Shown here one piece after another: positions 16,552 to 24,141 of a DNA stretch of 32,000 bases. A program made the position numbers and the translations under genes. The first letter of the stretch is position 1. Each line of letters opens with the position of its first letter. The notes beneath the pieces are model-generated. The model had not been told where the DNA came from. It made no database searches and was given only the letters and a program-made list of their open reading frames with translations. Source of the DNA: Candidatus Korarchaeum cryptofilum OPF8 (GTDB lineage Archaea > Korarchaeota > Korarchaeia > Korarchaeales > Korarchaeaceae). The DNA lies in contig NC_010482.1 of assembly GCF_000019605.1 (NCBI RefSeq), positions 930,001 to 962,000 of the forward strand, in the 5' to 3' direction.

Positions 16552-18468
16552 TTATCTCATATCTGGAGGGAGTAACTCCTTCCCGAATGTCCTGAAGAAA
16601 TCTTCCAAGCTCATGCTCCCCAGATTCCCCTTCCCCTTGACCCTAACTGAGATCTCGCCCGTCTTCATCTCCCTTTCCCCTATTATAGCGACTATAGGTA
16701 TTTTCTCCAGCTCGCTCTCCCTTATCCTGTAGCTGAGAGTAGATTCTGCCTTCCTAATATCCGCCCTGACCCCTCTAGCTGACATGAGAGCTAATAGTTC
16801 CTCAGCTCTCCCCTCCTGGGCTTGGGAGACTGGGAGTATCCTTAGCTGAATGGGGGCTATCCATAGGGGAAAGTTCCCAGCGTAATGCTCCAGGAGTATC
16901 CCGAAGAACCTCTCTATAGATCCCAATAGGGCTCTGTGTATCATCACGATGTGCTCCTCGCTACCGTCAGCTTTCACATACTTGAGATCGAATCTCCTGG
17001 GGAGGTTGAAGTCTATCTGTATCGTACTGAGCTGCCACTCCCTCCCTATTGAATCTACGAGCTTCATATCTATCTTTGGGCCGTAAAATGCCGCCTCCCC
17101 TTCCATTATCTCATATCTGTACCCCTTCCTCCTCAGAGCACCCTCTAAGGAGGATTGAGCTGCTGACCAGTCCTCATCGGAGCCCATGTACTCAGATCTC
17201 CTCCTAGGATCCCAAGTGGATATCTCCACCTTCAGCTCCTCGAAGCCGAAGGACCTCATTAAGTACTCATTGAGGTCTATGAGCCCTAAGACTTCATCCT
17301 CAAGATCCTCCCTAGTGGTGAATATGTGAGCATCGTCCTGAGTGAACCCCCTAGCCCTCAACAGGCCGTGAAGGACGCCCGACTTCTCGAACCTATAGAC
17401 AGTTCCGAGCTCGAATAGCCTGAGCGGGAGTTCCCTGTAGCTCCTCCTCTTCGAGTTGTAGATGAGTATGTGGAAGGGGCAGTTCATGGGCTTTACAGCA
17501 TGCTCTATCCCCTCCTTCTCGAAGACGTACATATAATCTCTGTAATAATTCAGGTGCCCCGAAATCTTCCAGAGGGTGCTGTAAGCTATATGCGGGGAGT
17601 AGACGAGCTCGTATCCCCTGCTCAGGTGGACCCTAACTAGGAAGTCCTCTATTATACGCCTGACCCTAGCTCCCTTGGGATGCCATAGGATGAGGCCTGG
17701 ACCTATTATCTCTGACGGCATGGAGAAGAGATCTAGCTGGGGCCCTACGACCCTATGATCCCTCTTCCTTATCTCCTCCCTCCTCACTAAGAATTCTTCC
17801 AGCATCTCCTTGGAGGGGAAGGATATCCCGTAGACTCTCTGCATCACCGGATTCCTCTCATCCCCCCTCCAGTAGGATGAGGAGACCTGAAGAAGCTTCA
17901 TATACTTCACATAACCGGTGGAAGGTAAGTGCGGACCTCTGCAGAGGTCGAAGAACTCCCCCTGCCTGTATATCGATACCACCGGCTCTTCTATCTCCTC
18001 CAGGAGCTCGACCTTATACGGCTCTCCAGCCTCCCTGAAGAGAGCTATGGCCTCCTCCCTCCTCATCTCCTCCCTCACTATCTCGATATCCTCCTCAACG
18101 ATCCTCCTCATCTCCTCCTCTATCAGCTCCAAGTCCTCCTGAGAGAAGGTCTTACCCCCCAGGTCGAACTCGTAGTAGAAGCCCTCCTCTATGGGAGGCC
18201 CTATCCCAAGCTTAGCCTCCTTAAAGAGCCTCTTGACAGCTTGAGCTAATATGTGAGATGTGGTGTGCCAGTAAGCCTCCCTTCCCTCCCTACTATTGAA
18301 GTCCAGAACTCTTATCTCGCCTAGATCATCACTTATCACAGTTGAGAGGTCCAGAAGTCTCCCTGATGCCTCTGCTATCAGTCCTATACCTCTAGGTATC
18401 ACATCTAAAATCCTCTTCCCCTCTTCAGCGTTCAAGGTAGTCCCATCGGGCATTATAACTTTAACCAA
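16552..18468 (-). CDS. thrS: threonyl-tRNA synthetase, full-length bacterial-type (TGS + N2 editing + class II core + anticodon-binding domain)
   Basis: The TGS-like start is VKVIMPDGTTL. The editing-site motifs are HTTSHILAQA (HxxxH) and DLCRGPHLP. The zinc site is KPMNCPFH. Class II motif 2 is YRFEKSGVLHGLLRARGFTQDDAHIF. It is 638 aa. The start is TTG 18468, preceded by GGGAGGTGT. Confidence 0.95.
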   Translation of the reverse strand: MVKVIMPDGTTLNAEEGKRILDVIPRGIGLIAEASGRLLDLSTVISDDLGEIRVLDFNSREGREAYWHTTSHILAQAVKRLFKEAKLGIGPPIEEGFYYEFDLGGKTFSQEDLELIEEEMRRIVEEDIEIVREEMRREEAIALFREAGEPYKVELLEEIEEPVVSIYRQGEFFDLCRGPHLPSTGYVKYMKLLQVSSSYWRGDERNPVMQRVYGISFPSKEMLEEFLVRREEIRKRDHRVVGPQLDLFSMPSEIIGPGLILWHPKGARVRRIIEDFLVRVHLSRGYELVYSPHIAYSTLWKISGHLNYYRDYMYVFEKEGIEHAVKPMNCPFHILIYNSKRRSYRELPLRLFELGTVYRFEKSGVLHGLLRARGFTQDDAHIFTTREDLEDEVLGLIDLNEYLMRSFGFEELKVEISTWDPRRRSEYMGSDEDWSAAQSSLEGALRRKGYRYEIMEGEAAFYGPKIDMKLVDSIGREWQLSTIQIDFNLPRRFDLKYVKADGSEEHIVMIHRALLGSIERFFGILLEHYAGNFPLWIAPIQLRILPVSQAQEGRAEELLALMSARGVRADIRKAESTLSYRIRESELEKIPIVAIIGEREMKTGEISVRVKGKGNLGSMSLEDFFRTFGKELLPPDMR

Positions 18469-18754
18469 AGGGGGACACCTCCCGAGCTCGGATGAATAGA
18501 GTCCTCGGGACTCAAGCAGCTAAGAAGTTTCTCGATCCCTCCTCAAGCTGCACACCTCCCTGAGGTTCATCCTCAGTATAAAAACTTTGCCGTGGGGAGT
18601 CGCTCAATAAATCGCGTCACAAGGGCTCGATAAGAATTCGCTCCCATTTCGATGAGGGGAGCGATCCTGGAAAGGTAATATCAGCTATGAACAGAGACCA
18701 TTCAAGGTCAGCGGGATACCTCACCTTTATTACCTCATCCTCTGTGAGAGATAG

Positions 18755-19339
18755 ATGCTTCCCATAGTGCTCGAGATGCGCGGGCCAGAGGGATGGACGG
18801 CCTCAATCATCAAGTTCGCTGAGGGACTGATGCTTCACTTCGGCAAGCGTTTGAAGAGAGTAATAGCTCTTCCTAGCCCGGATGATCAGGTTTACGATTC
18901 GAATGTGCTCGTGGTGATCGAGAAGCCCACGCTGGATGATGTGAAGATCGTTATGGAGATCGCTGTGAGAAGCGGAGAGAGGCTGAATCCATTAGTGGTG
19001 GATGAGGGGGATGAGGAAGCCGTTAGGATATTCATGAGCTCCTTCCAAATTCCTAAAGCCGATTGGAATTATGAGCACGTTAAGTTCGCTGAGGGACTGA
19101 TGCTTCACTTCGGCAAGCGTTTGAAGAGAGTAATAGCTCTTCCTAGCCCGGATGATCAGGTTTACGATTCGAATGTGCTCGTGGTGATCGAGAAGCCCAC
19201 GCTGGATGATGTGAAGATCGTTATGGAGATCGCTGTGAGAAGCGGAGAGAGGCTGAATCCATTAGTGGTGGATGAGGGGGATGAGGAAGCCGTTAGGATA
19301 TTCATGAGCTCGGGTGGGAGGGATGTCGAAGCTAGATAA
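18755..19339 (+). CDS. tandem-duplicated minimal-nucleotidyltransferase-like protein, putative partner of the downstream HEPN protein
   Basis: The 194-codon ORF contains the same 77-aa core twice. The core layout (helix, then RVIALPSPDDQVYDSNVLVVIEKP, then helices) resembles MNT/NTase-fold antitoxins. However, it has P-S in place of G-S and D-S-N in place of D-x-D/E. The 3' end overlaps the HEPN ORF. Confidence 0.5.
   Translation: MLPIVLEMRGPEGWTASIIKFAEGLMLHFGKRLKRVIALPSPDDQVYDSNVLVVIEKPTLDDVKIVMEIAVRSGERLNPLVVDEGDEEAVRIFMSSFQIPKADWNYEHVKFAEGLMLHFGKRLKRVIALPSPDDQVYDSNVLVVIEKPTLDDVKIVMEIAVRSGERLNPLVVDEGDEEAVRIFMSSGGRDVEAR
18812..19041 (+). repeat. direct repeat copy 1 (230 bp, identical to 19082-19311)
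   Basis: Base-by-base comparison of the two stretches shows no mismatch. The period is 270 bp (90 codons), so the repeat is in frame. Confidence 0.95.
19082..19311 (+). repeat. direct repeat copy 2 (230 bp, identical to 18812-19041)
   Basis: See copy 1. Identity ends abruptly at both borders. The 40-bp spacer (19042-19081) is unrelated to the 40 bp preceding copy 1. Confidence 0.95.
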
Positions 19340-19676
19340 AGCCGAGATACTGCTGAGGGAGGCCAAGGAGGATCTGAAGCACGAGTGCTATAATAAGGCT
19401 GTCTCCGCCTCATATTTCGCCGTTAGGCTCTTCGTTGAGAGTTTCTTACCGGGCTTGATGACGAGGAGGGATGATAAGATAGCTAACGCATTATTCAGGG
19501 AGATTGAGAGGAAAGTTGGGAGGGAAAAAGCCGAAGAGATCAAATCAAATTATCTCTTCCTTTTCGATCAGAGGAAGAAAGCTGATCACAGAGCAGATAT
19601 CTTCGGGAAGGAGGCGGAGGAGATCGTAGCTATGGCGGAGCGTTTGATGAGAGAAATAGAGGAAATCTTGAGATGA
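19314..19676 (+). CDS. HEPN domain protein (toxin-like partner of a HEPN/MNT-type module)
   Basis: About 117-120 aa and all-helical. The N-terminal LLREAKEDLKHECYNKAVSASYFAVRLFVESFL block is typical of HEPN. The R-x4-H motif is present as RKKADH. The start is GTG 19314 or ATG 19323, and either overlaps the end of the upstream ORF. Confidence 0.7.
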   Translation: MGGMSKLDKAEILLREAKEDLKHECYNKAVSASYFAVRLFVESFLPGLMTRRDDKIANALFREIERKVGREKAEEIKSNYLFLFDQRKKADHRADIFGKEAEEIVAMAERLMREIEEILR

Positions 19677-19924
19677 TGCTTAAGCGGGCATCTATCCGAA
19701 GATCCGCTAGCATATTTTTCAGCGAGATCTCATTGAGGGATTATGAGCTCCTTGAATTGATGAATCTCGCTTTTAAAGGATTCGTCCGTCCCCCTTTAAT
19801 AATTGAAGCGATTACTAGTTCATCTGAGAGTACCTCGAACTCTCCAGAGAAACGGCCTATCTTTTGTGTATACAGTTTCAGGGGCCTCAGCGGATCCCAG
19901 TACTTGAAAAGAACCAAAATTTAA
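19673..19924 (+). CDS. hypothetical 83-aa ORF; coding status uncertain
   Basis: Its ATG overlaps the HEPN stop in an ATGA arrangement, which suggests coupling. However, the product is Ser-rich and low in complexity, no family is recognised, and a 58-aa antisense ORF (19741-19917) competes for the same DNA. Confidence 0.25.
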   Translation: MMLKRASIRRSASIFFSEISLRDYELLELMNLAFKGFVRPPLIIEAITSSSESTSNSPEKRPIFCVYSFRGLSGSQYLKRTKI

Positions 19925-19956
19925 TATTTTTTCAACCTACTATATCAGGGGATCTC

Positions 19957-21339
19957 ATGGGATCGATCGTCCCCGAAGTAGTGAGCTTCGCTGCGAGGAA
20001 TACGAAGGAAGTCGGAGACGTCCTAGGGATAGGGGCTGATAAGAGGGTGAAGTGGGCCGAAGGATTGCTCGAGAGGGGACCCGTCAAAGGAACGATATTC
20101 TACGCTGGCGAGATGTATCCCGTGATGGGATACTCTGAGGGGGCCTTCAAGATCCTGAAGAGAGTTGAAGGGCTGATGAACATAAATCATCTAGCCAAGG
20201 TAGGGCCCATAATGAGGAAATTAGGTATCTACACCGTGGGAATGAACAGTTTATGGGGAGGGATAAACAGAAGGTATGAGAAGGCTCTGCAAGATGCTGT
20301 TAAAGTTTTAAGAGGATTGGGGGTTGAAATAGGATTCCTCTTCGAGGATGAACCGCCTTCTGGTGTGGCTTTGCACACATACGGCCTCCTGAGGGAGTTC
20401 CAGGAGCACGCTAACTGGGTTCACAGGAGGTTGAAGGAGCTGGGAGTTAAGAAGATCATAACGCTCGATCCCATAGTTGCTACGGCTTTCAGGCTCTACT
20501 ACCCCGAGTTCGTCCCTGGATGGGATGTAGAATGCTACCATTTCGTCGAGGTAGTAGCTGAGAGAATGGCTGAGCTCGGCCTCAAGTTCGATCTCGGCAG
20601 GAGGATAAAGGTAACATATCACGACCCCTGCTACTTAGCTAGGACTCTGGGTGTCGTGGATGAGGTCAGGTTCATCCTGTCCAGGATAGAGGGAGTTGAG
20701 CTCGTTGAACCTGAGAGGAGAGGGATATTCACGGGATGCAGTGGAGATGGGGGATTGGAGCTCACTCAACCCCCTGTGGCCAGGAAGGTGGCCCTGGATA
20801 GAGTTATGGAGCTCAAGAAGACTGGAGCTAACTTAGTCCTGACTTCATGCCCTGCTTGCATCCTGATGCTGAGGACAGGGTTCGATTTCATCGGTCAAAG
20901 AGTTGGAGTGGAGGATCTCGCCTCCTTGATAGCTGAGGCCATGGCTAGGGGGTCCGAGAGGGTTGAGGGAGAAGTGAAGAATTTTAAGAGGTACAGGGTC
21001 TTCCCCAAGAGCCCTCATTTCGATAGTCTGAGCTTGGAGGATTTATCGAGGGTCCTCAAGATGGAGACAGATAGGTGCAAGAAGTGCGGCTTCTGCAACG
21101 TGGAGTGCCCAACTTCTAAAGCGATGAATAGACTTGAGAGCAGATCTTCCAGGGGGAGGGTCACCTTAATAAACTCTTTAGTGAGCGGAGATCCTGTAAG
21201 GCCTAAGGAAGTCTTGGATAGGCTTTACACATGCGTCCTCTGCGGTAGATGCTCCCAGGAGTGCCCAGCGGGCCTCCACGTGCAGGAGCTCATAGTTTAC
21301 GGGAGAGCTTACGCTATATACTCGGGGACGATCCCTTAG
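19957..21339 (+). CDS. Fe-S oxidoreductase subunit, GlcF/LutA-like, with CCG domains N-terminal and a 2x[4Fe-4S] ferredoxin domain C-terminal
   Basis: The CCG-type block is YHDPCYLAR...GCSGDGG...LTSCPACILMLR. Two CxxCxxCxxxCP motifs (CKKCGFCNVECP, CVLCGRCSQECP) lie at the C-terminus. I trimmed the start to ATG 19957, which is about 30 nt downstream of TTAATATTTTTT (19921-19932). Confidence 0.8.
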   Translation: MGSIVPEVVSFAARNTKEVGDVLGIGADKRVKWAEGLLERGPVKGTIFYAGEMYPVMGYSEGAFKILKRVEGLMNINHLAKVGPIMRKLGIYTVGMNSLWGGINRRYEKALQDAVKVLRGLGVEIGFLFEDEPPSGVALHTYGLLREFQEHANWVHRRLKELGVKKIITLDPIVATAFRLYYPEFVPGWDVECYHFVEVVAERMAELGLKFDLGRRIKVTYHDPCYLARTLGVVDEVRFILSRIEGVELVEPERRGIFTGCSGDGGLELTQPPVARKVALDRVMELKKTGANLVLTSCPACILMLRTGFDFIGQRVGVEDLASLIAEAMARGSERVEGEVKNFKRYRVFPKSPHFDSLSLEDLSRVLKMETDRCKKCGFCNVECPTSKAMNRLESRSSRGRVTLINSLVSGDPVRPKEVLDRLYTCVLCGRCSQECPAGLHVQELIVYGRAYAIYSGTIP

Positions 21340-21349
21340 GGGTGAGATT

Positions 21350-22735
21350 ATGAGCTACGCAAGAGTGCTCACGGAGTTGGGCAAGAGGATAGGGAAGGAG
21401 AAGATATTTACTGAACCCGAGGAACTATATTCGTACGGTGTAGATGCATATACGGAGTTCAAACAGCCTCCAGCTGCTGTAGTTAGAGCTAGTAGTGAGG
21501 AAGATGTCAGGGCCGTCTTGGAGCTGGCGAACAGGGAGAGGGTGCCCGTAGTCCCCAGGGGGAGCGGTACATCTCTCAGCGGCGGCTCCGTTCCAGCGGT
21601 CCCAGGAGCTATTGTGCTGGATCTCACACCGATGAATAAGATAGAGGTGAATATAGATGACGGTTATGTGATGGCCGAAGCAGGAGCTACTGTGCTGGAG
21701 GTGGATAAGGCCTGCAGGAGCTACGGTTTCTTCTTCCCGCCAGATCCAGCCAGCTCGAGGATAGCGACTATAGGGGGCTCATTAGCTGAGAACGCGGGCG
21801 GTCTGAGAGGAGCTAAGTTCGGCGTCATGAAGAACTGGGTCCTAGCGATGGAGGTGATACTCCCAGGGGGCAAGAAAGTCAGGATAGGCGAGCCCGTTTA
21901 CAAGTGGAGGTGGGGCCCCGATCTAATGTCCCTCTTCATAGGCTCGGAGGGGACGCTGGGGGTCATAACAAGAGCTTGGCTCAAGATCTATCCACTCCCG
22001 GAGAAGGTAGTCAGGGTTTTGGGCGTCTTCGATAGGATAGAGGACGCTGGTAAGGCTATCTCCCAGATAAGGAGGAGGGGTTACGTCCCAATGATATTGG
22101 AGCTCTTAGACAGGGAGACCATCGAGATAGTAAACGAATCGCTGGGCTATAACATAGAGGTAGCTGAGGGCATGGTGATGGCTGACGTGGATGGGCCTAG
22201 GGAGAGCGTTTGGAGGATAGCTAGAGAAGTTGAGAGCGTTATGAAGGATTGCGGTGGGAGGACGAGAGCTAGTGATGATCCTGAGGAGATGGAGCAGCTG
22301 TACTTAGCTAGGCAGGGAGCTTACGCTGCTGTCACCAGAGCTTACCCAGGGGTGCTGCTCGAGGACATAACGGTGCCGCTATCCAAACTCATGGAAGCCT
22401 TAAGGGAGCTCGATAGGATGAGGAAGGAATACGGGTTGAAGATGCCTGTATTCGGTCACGCTGGTGATGGGAACCTCCATCCGAATATATGCTTCGATCC
22501 TAGGGATGAGGAACAATTGAGGAAAGCCAGGGAGCTCTTCGTGAAGACTGGACAGCTCGCCATAAAGCTGGGAGGAGCCATAAGCGGGGAGCACGGGATA
22601 GGGCTTGCCAAGAAGGAACTATTCTTGGAGGAGATAAAGGCAGTGAGGGGAGAGGGTTACGTCGAGATGGTGAAGATGATAAAGCAATTATTGGATCCGA
22701 ACGGCATAATGAACCCTGGAAAGATATTCTTCTGA
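21350..22735 (+). CDS. FAD-linked oxidase, GlcD / D-lactate dehydrogenase family
   Basis: It has the FAD_binding_4 block VVPRGSGTSLSGGS and the C-terminal block ISGEHGIGLAKKE...LDPNGIMNPGKIF. The start is 10 nt after the Fe-S subunit gene. Confidence 0.9.
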   Translation: MSYARVLTELGKRIGKEKIFTEPEELYSYGVDAYTEFKQPPAAVVRASSEEDVRAVLELANRERVPVVPRGSGTSLSGGSVPAVPGAIVLDLTPMNKIEVNIDDGYVMAEAGATVLEVDKACRSYGFFFPPDPASSRIATIGGSLAENAGGLRGAKFGVMKNWVLAMEVILPGGKKVRIGEPVYKWRWGPDLMSLFIGSEGTLGVITRAWLKIYPLPEKVVRVLGVFDRIEDAGKAISQIRRRGYVPMILELLDRETIEIVNESLGYNIEVAEGMVMADVDGPRESVWRIAREVESVMKDCGGRTRASDDPEEMEQLYLARQGAYAAVTRAYPGVLLEDITVPLSKLMEALRELDRMRKEYGLKMPVFGHAGDGNLHPNICFDPRDEEQLRKARELFVKTGQLAIKLGGAISGEHGIGLAKKELFLEEIKAVRGEGYVEMVKMIKQLLDPNGIMNPGKIFF

Positions 22736-24106
22736 TCATTCCTTCAATATTTTTTCTATCGGAACTATCTCCTCCTTAGGGGCTTGCTCGAATATCTCAA
22801 GATATTTCCTGAGGGCCTTGGGTATCCTCACGCTCCCATCCTCCCTCTGGTGATTCTCCACTATAGCGCTTATAGTCCTAGTAGTAGCTAATGCCGTGCT
22901 GTTCAGCGTGTGGACGAACTCCCTCCTGCCCTTCCTATCCAACTTTATCCTGAGCCTGTAGCTCTGCCAATCTACACAATTGCTGCAGCTCACCAACTCC
23001 CTGTACTTACCCTGAGCTGGGAACCATCCCTCCAAATCGTATTTCTTCGCAGCACTGGCTCCCAAATCACCCGATGCTATATTCACTATCCTGTAGGGTA
23101 TCTCCAGCTCCCTGTAAATCTCCTCAGCGTTCTCTATCAACCTCTCATGCCAGTACTTGCTTTCTTCAGGCTTCGAGAAGACTATCTGCTCTACTTTAGT
23201 GAATTGGTGGACCCTGAATATCCCCTTAGTGTCCTTGCCGTGAGTACCGGCCTCCTTTCTGAAGCAGGGGCTCAAGCCCACGTAGAGTCTCGGGAGCTCA
23301 TCCTCTGTGAAAGTATCGCCAGCGTGCATAGCTACTAATGGATGCTCCGATGTGGCTATGAGGTAGAGGTCCTCCCCCTCTACCTTGTATATGCTGTCCT
23401 CGAACGTGTTCAGGTCAACTACGCCTAGGTAATAATCCCTCCTCATCATATATGGAGGTATGACCGGTATGAACCCCTTCCTGCTTATTTTATCCAGAGC
23501 GAAAAGGATTAATGCTTGTTCGAGCCATACTATATCCTTGAATAAGTAGAAGAACCTGCTACCTGCTAATTGTCCCGCTTTAACTGTATCAACCTGCTTC
23601 AACATGACTTCGAGTTCATCAGCGTGACCTAGCGGCTCCCAATCTATCAGCTCATATTCTACGTTGAAACCCCTCGTTTGCTCCATGAAGGAATCCAGCT
23701 TGCTCCTAGGTACTTTGGGCTTACCCCAGAACCTTATAGGCTTGTTATAATCCTCATTGGGCCCAATTGGAACGCTATCATCTATTAAAGCCGGCATTGA
23801 CATTAAAATTGAATCCCTCTCTTGGGATAGCTTCTCAAGCACATCCTCGAGCCTCTCTATCTCCTCACCTATCTCCTTAGCCTTCCTTATCAGCTCCTCC
23901 CTTTCCCCAGGATCTGCCCTGGGTATGGATCTGTTTATCTCATTTCTCCTCTCCCTGAGGGAATTCAGCTCAGTCACAGCTTCCCTCCACTTCCTATCTA
24001 ACTCTATCGCCCTCTCTAACATATCCAAGGGGAGGAACCTCCTCCTCAGGTTCTCCCTCAAGATCTCGGGATCCTTCCTCAATGCCTCGAGGACGGACCA
24101 GCTCAA
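22736..24106 (-). CDS. serS: seryl-tRNA synthetase
   Basis: The N-terminal coiled-coil arm contains LRKDPEILRENLRRR. Class II motif 2 is GLSPCFRKEAGTHGKDTKGIFRVHQFTKVEQ. Motif 3 is HTLNSTALATTRTISAIVENHQ. The start is TTG and there is no in-frame ATG nearby. Confidence 0.95.
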   Translation of the reverse strand: MSWSVLEALRKDPEILRENLRRRFLPLDMLERAIELDRKWREAVTELNSLRERRNEINRSIPRADPGEREELIRKAKEIGEEIERLEDVLEKLSQERDSILMSMPALIDDSVPIGPNEDYNKPIRFWGKPKVPRSKLDSFMEQTRGFNVEYELIDWEPLGHADELEVMLKQVDTVKAGQLAGSRFFYLFKDIVWLEQALILFALDKISRKGFIPVIPPYMMRRDYYLGVVDLNTFEDSIYKVEGEDLYLIATSEHPLVAMHAGDTFTEDELPRLYVGLSPCFRKEAGTHGKDTKGIFRVHQFTKVEQIVFSKPEESKYWHERLIENAEEIYRELEIPYRIVNIASGDLGASAAKKYDLEGWFPAQGKYRELVSCSNCVDWQSYRLRIKLDRKGRREFVHTLNSTALATTRTISAIVENHQREDGSVRIPKALRKYLEIFEQAPKEEIVPIEKILKE

Positions 24107-24141
24107 TTTCGCACCCAGCCAATGGTAATGACTGCTTTAAA

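Noticed and set aside
19864-19956. GTG 19864 as the start of the Fe-S oxidoreductase gene
   Set aside because: The extension runs through the AT-rich TATA-like box at 19921-19932 and overlaps ORF 19673-19924. ATG 19957 gives a sensible N-terminus at leaderless spacing.
22910-23338. 142-aa plus-strand ORF
   Set aside because: It lies antisense within serS, whose class II motifs are intact. It has no motif of its own.
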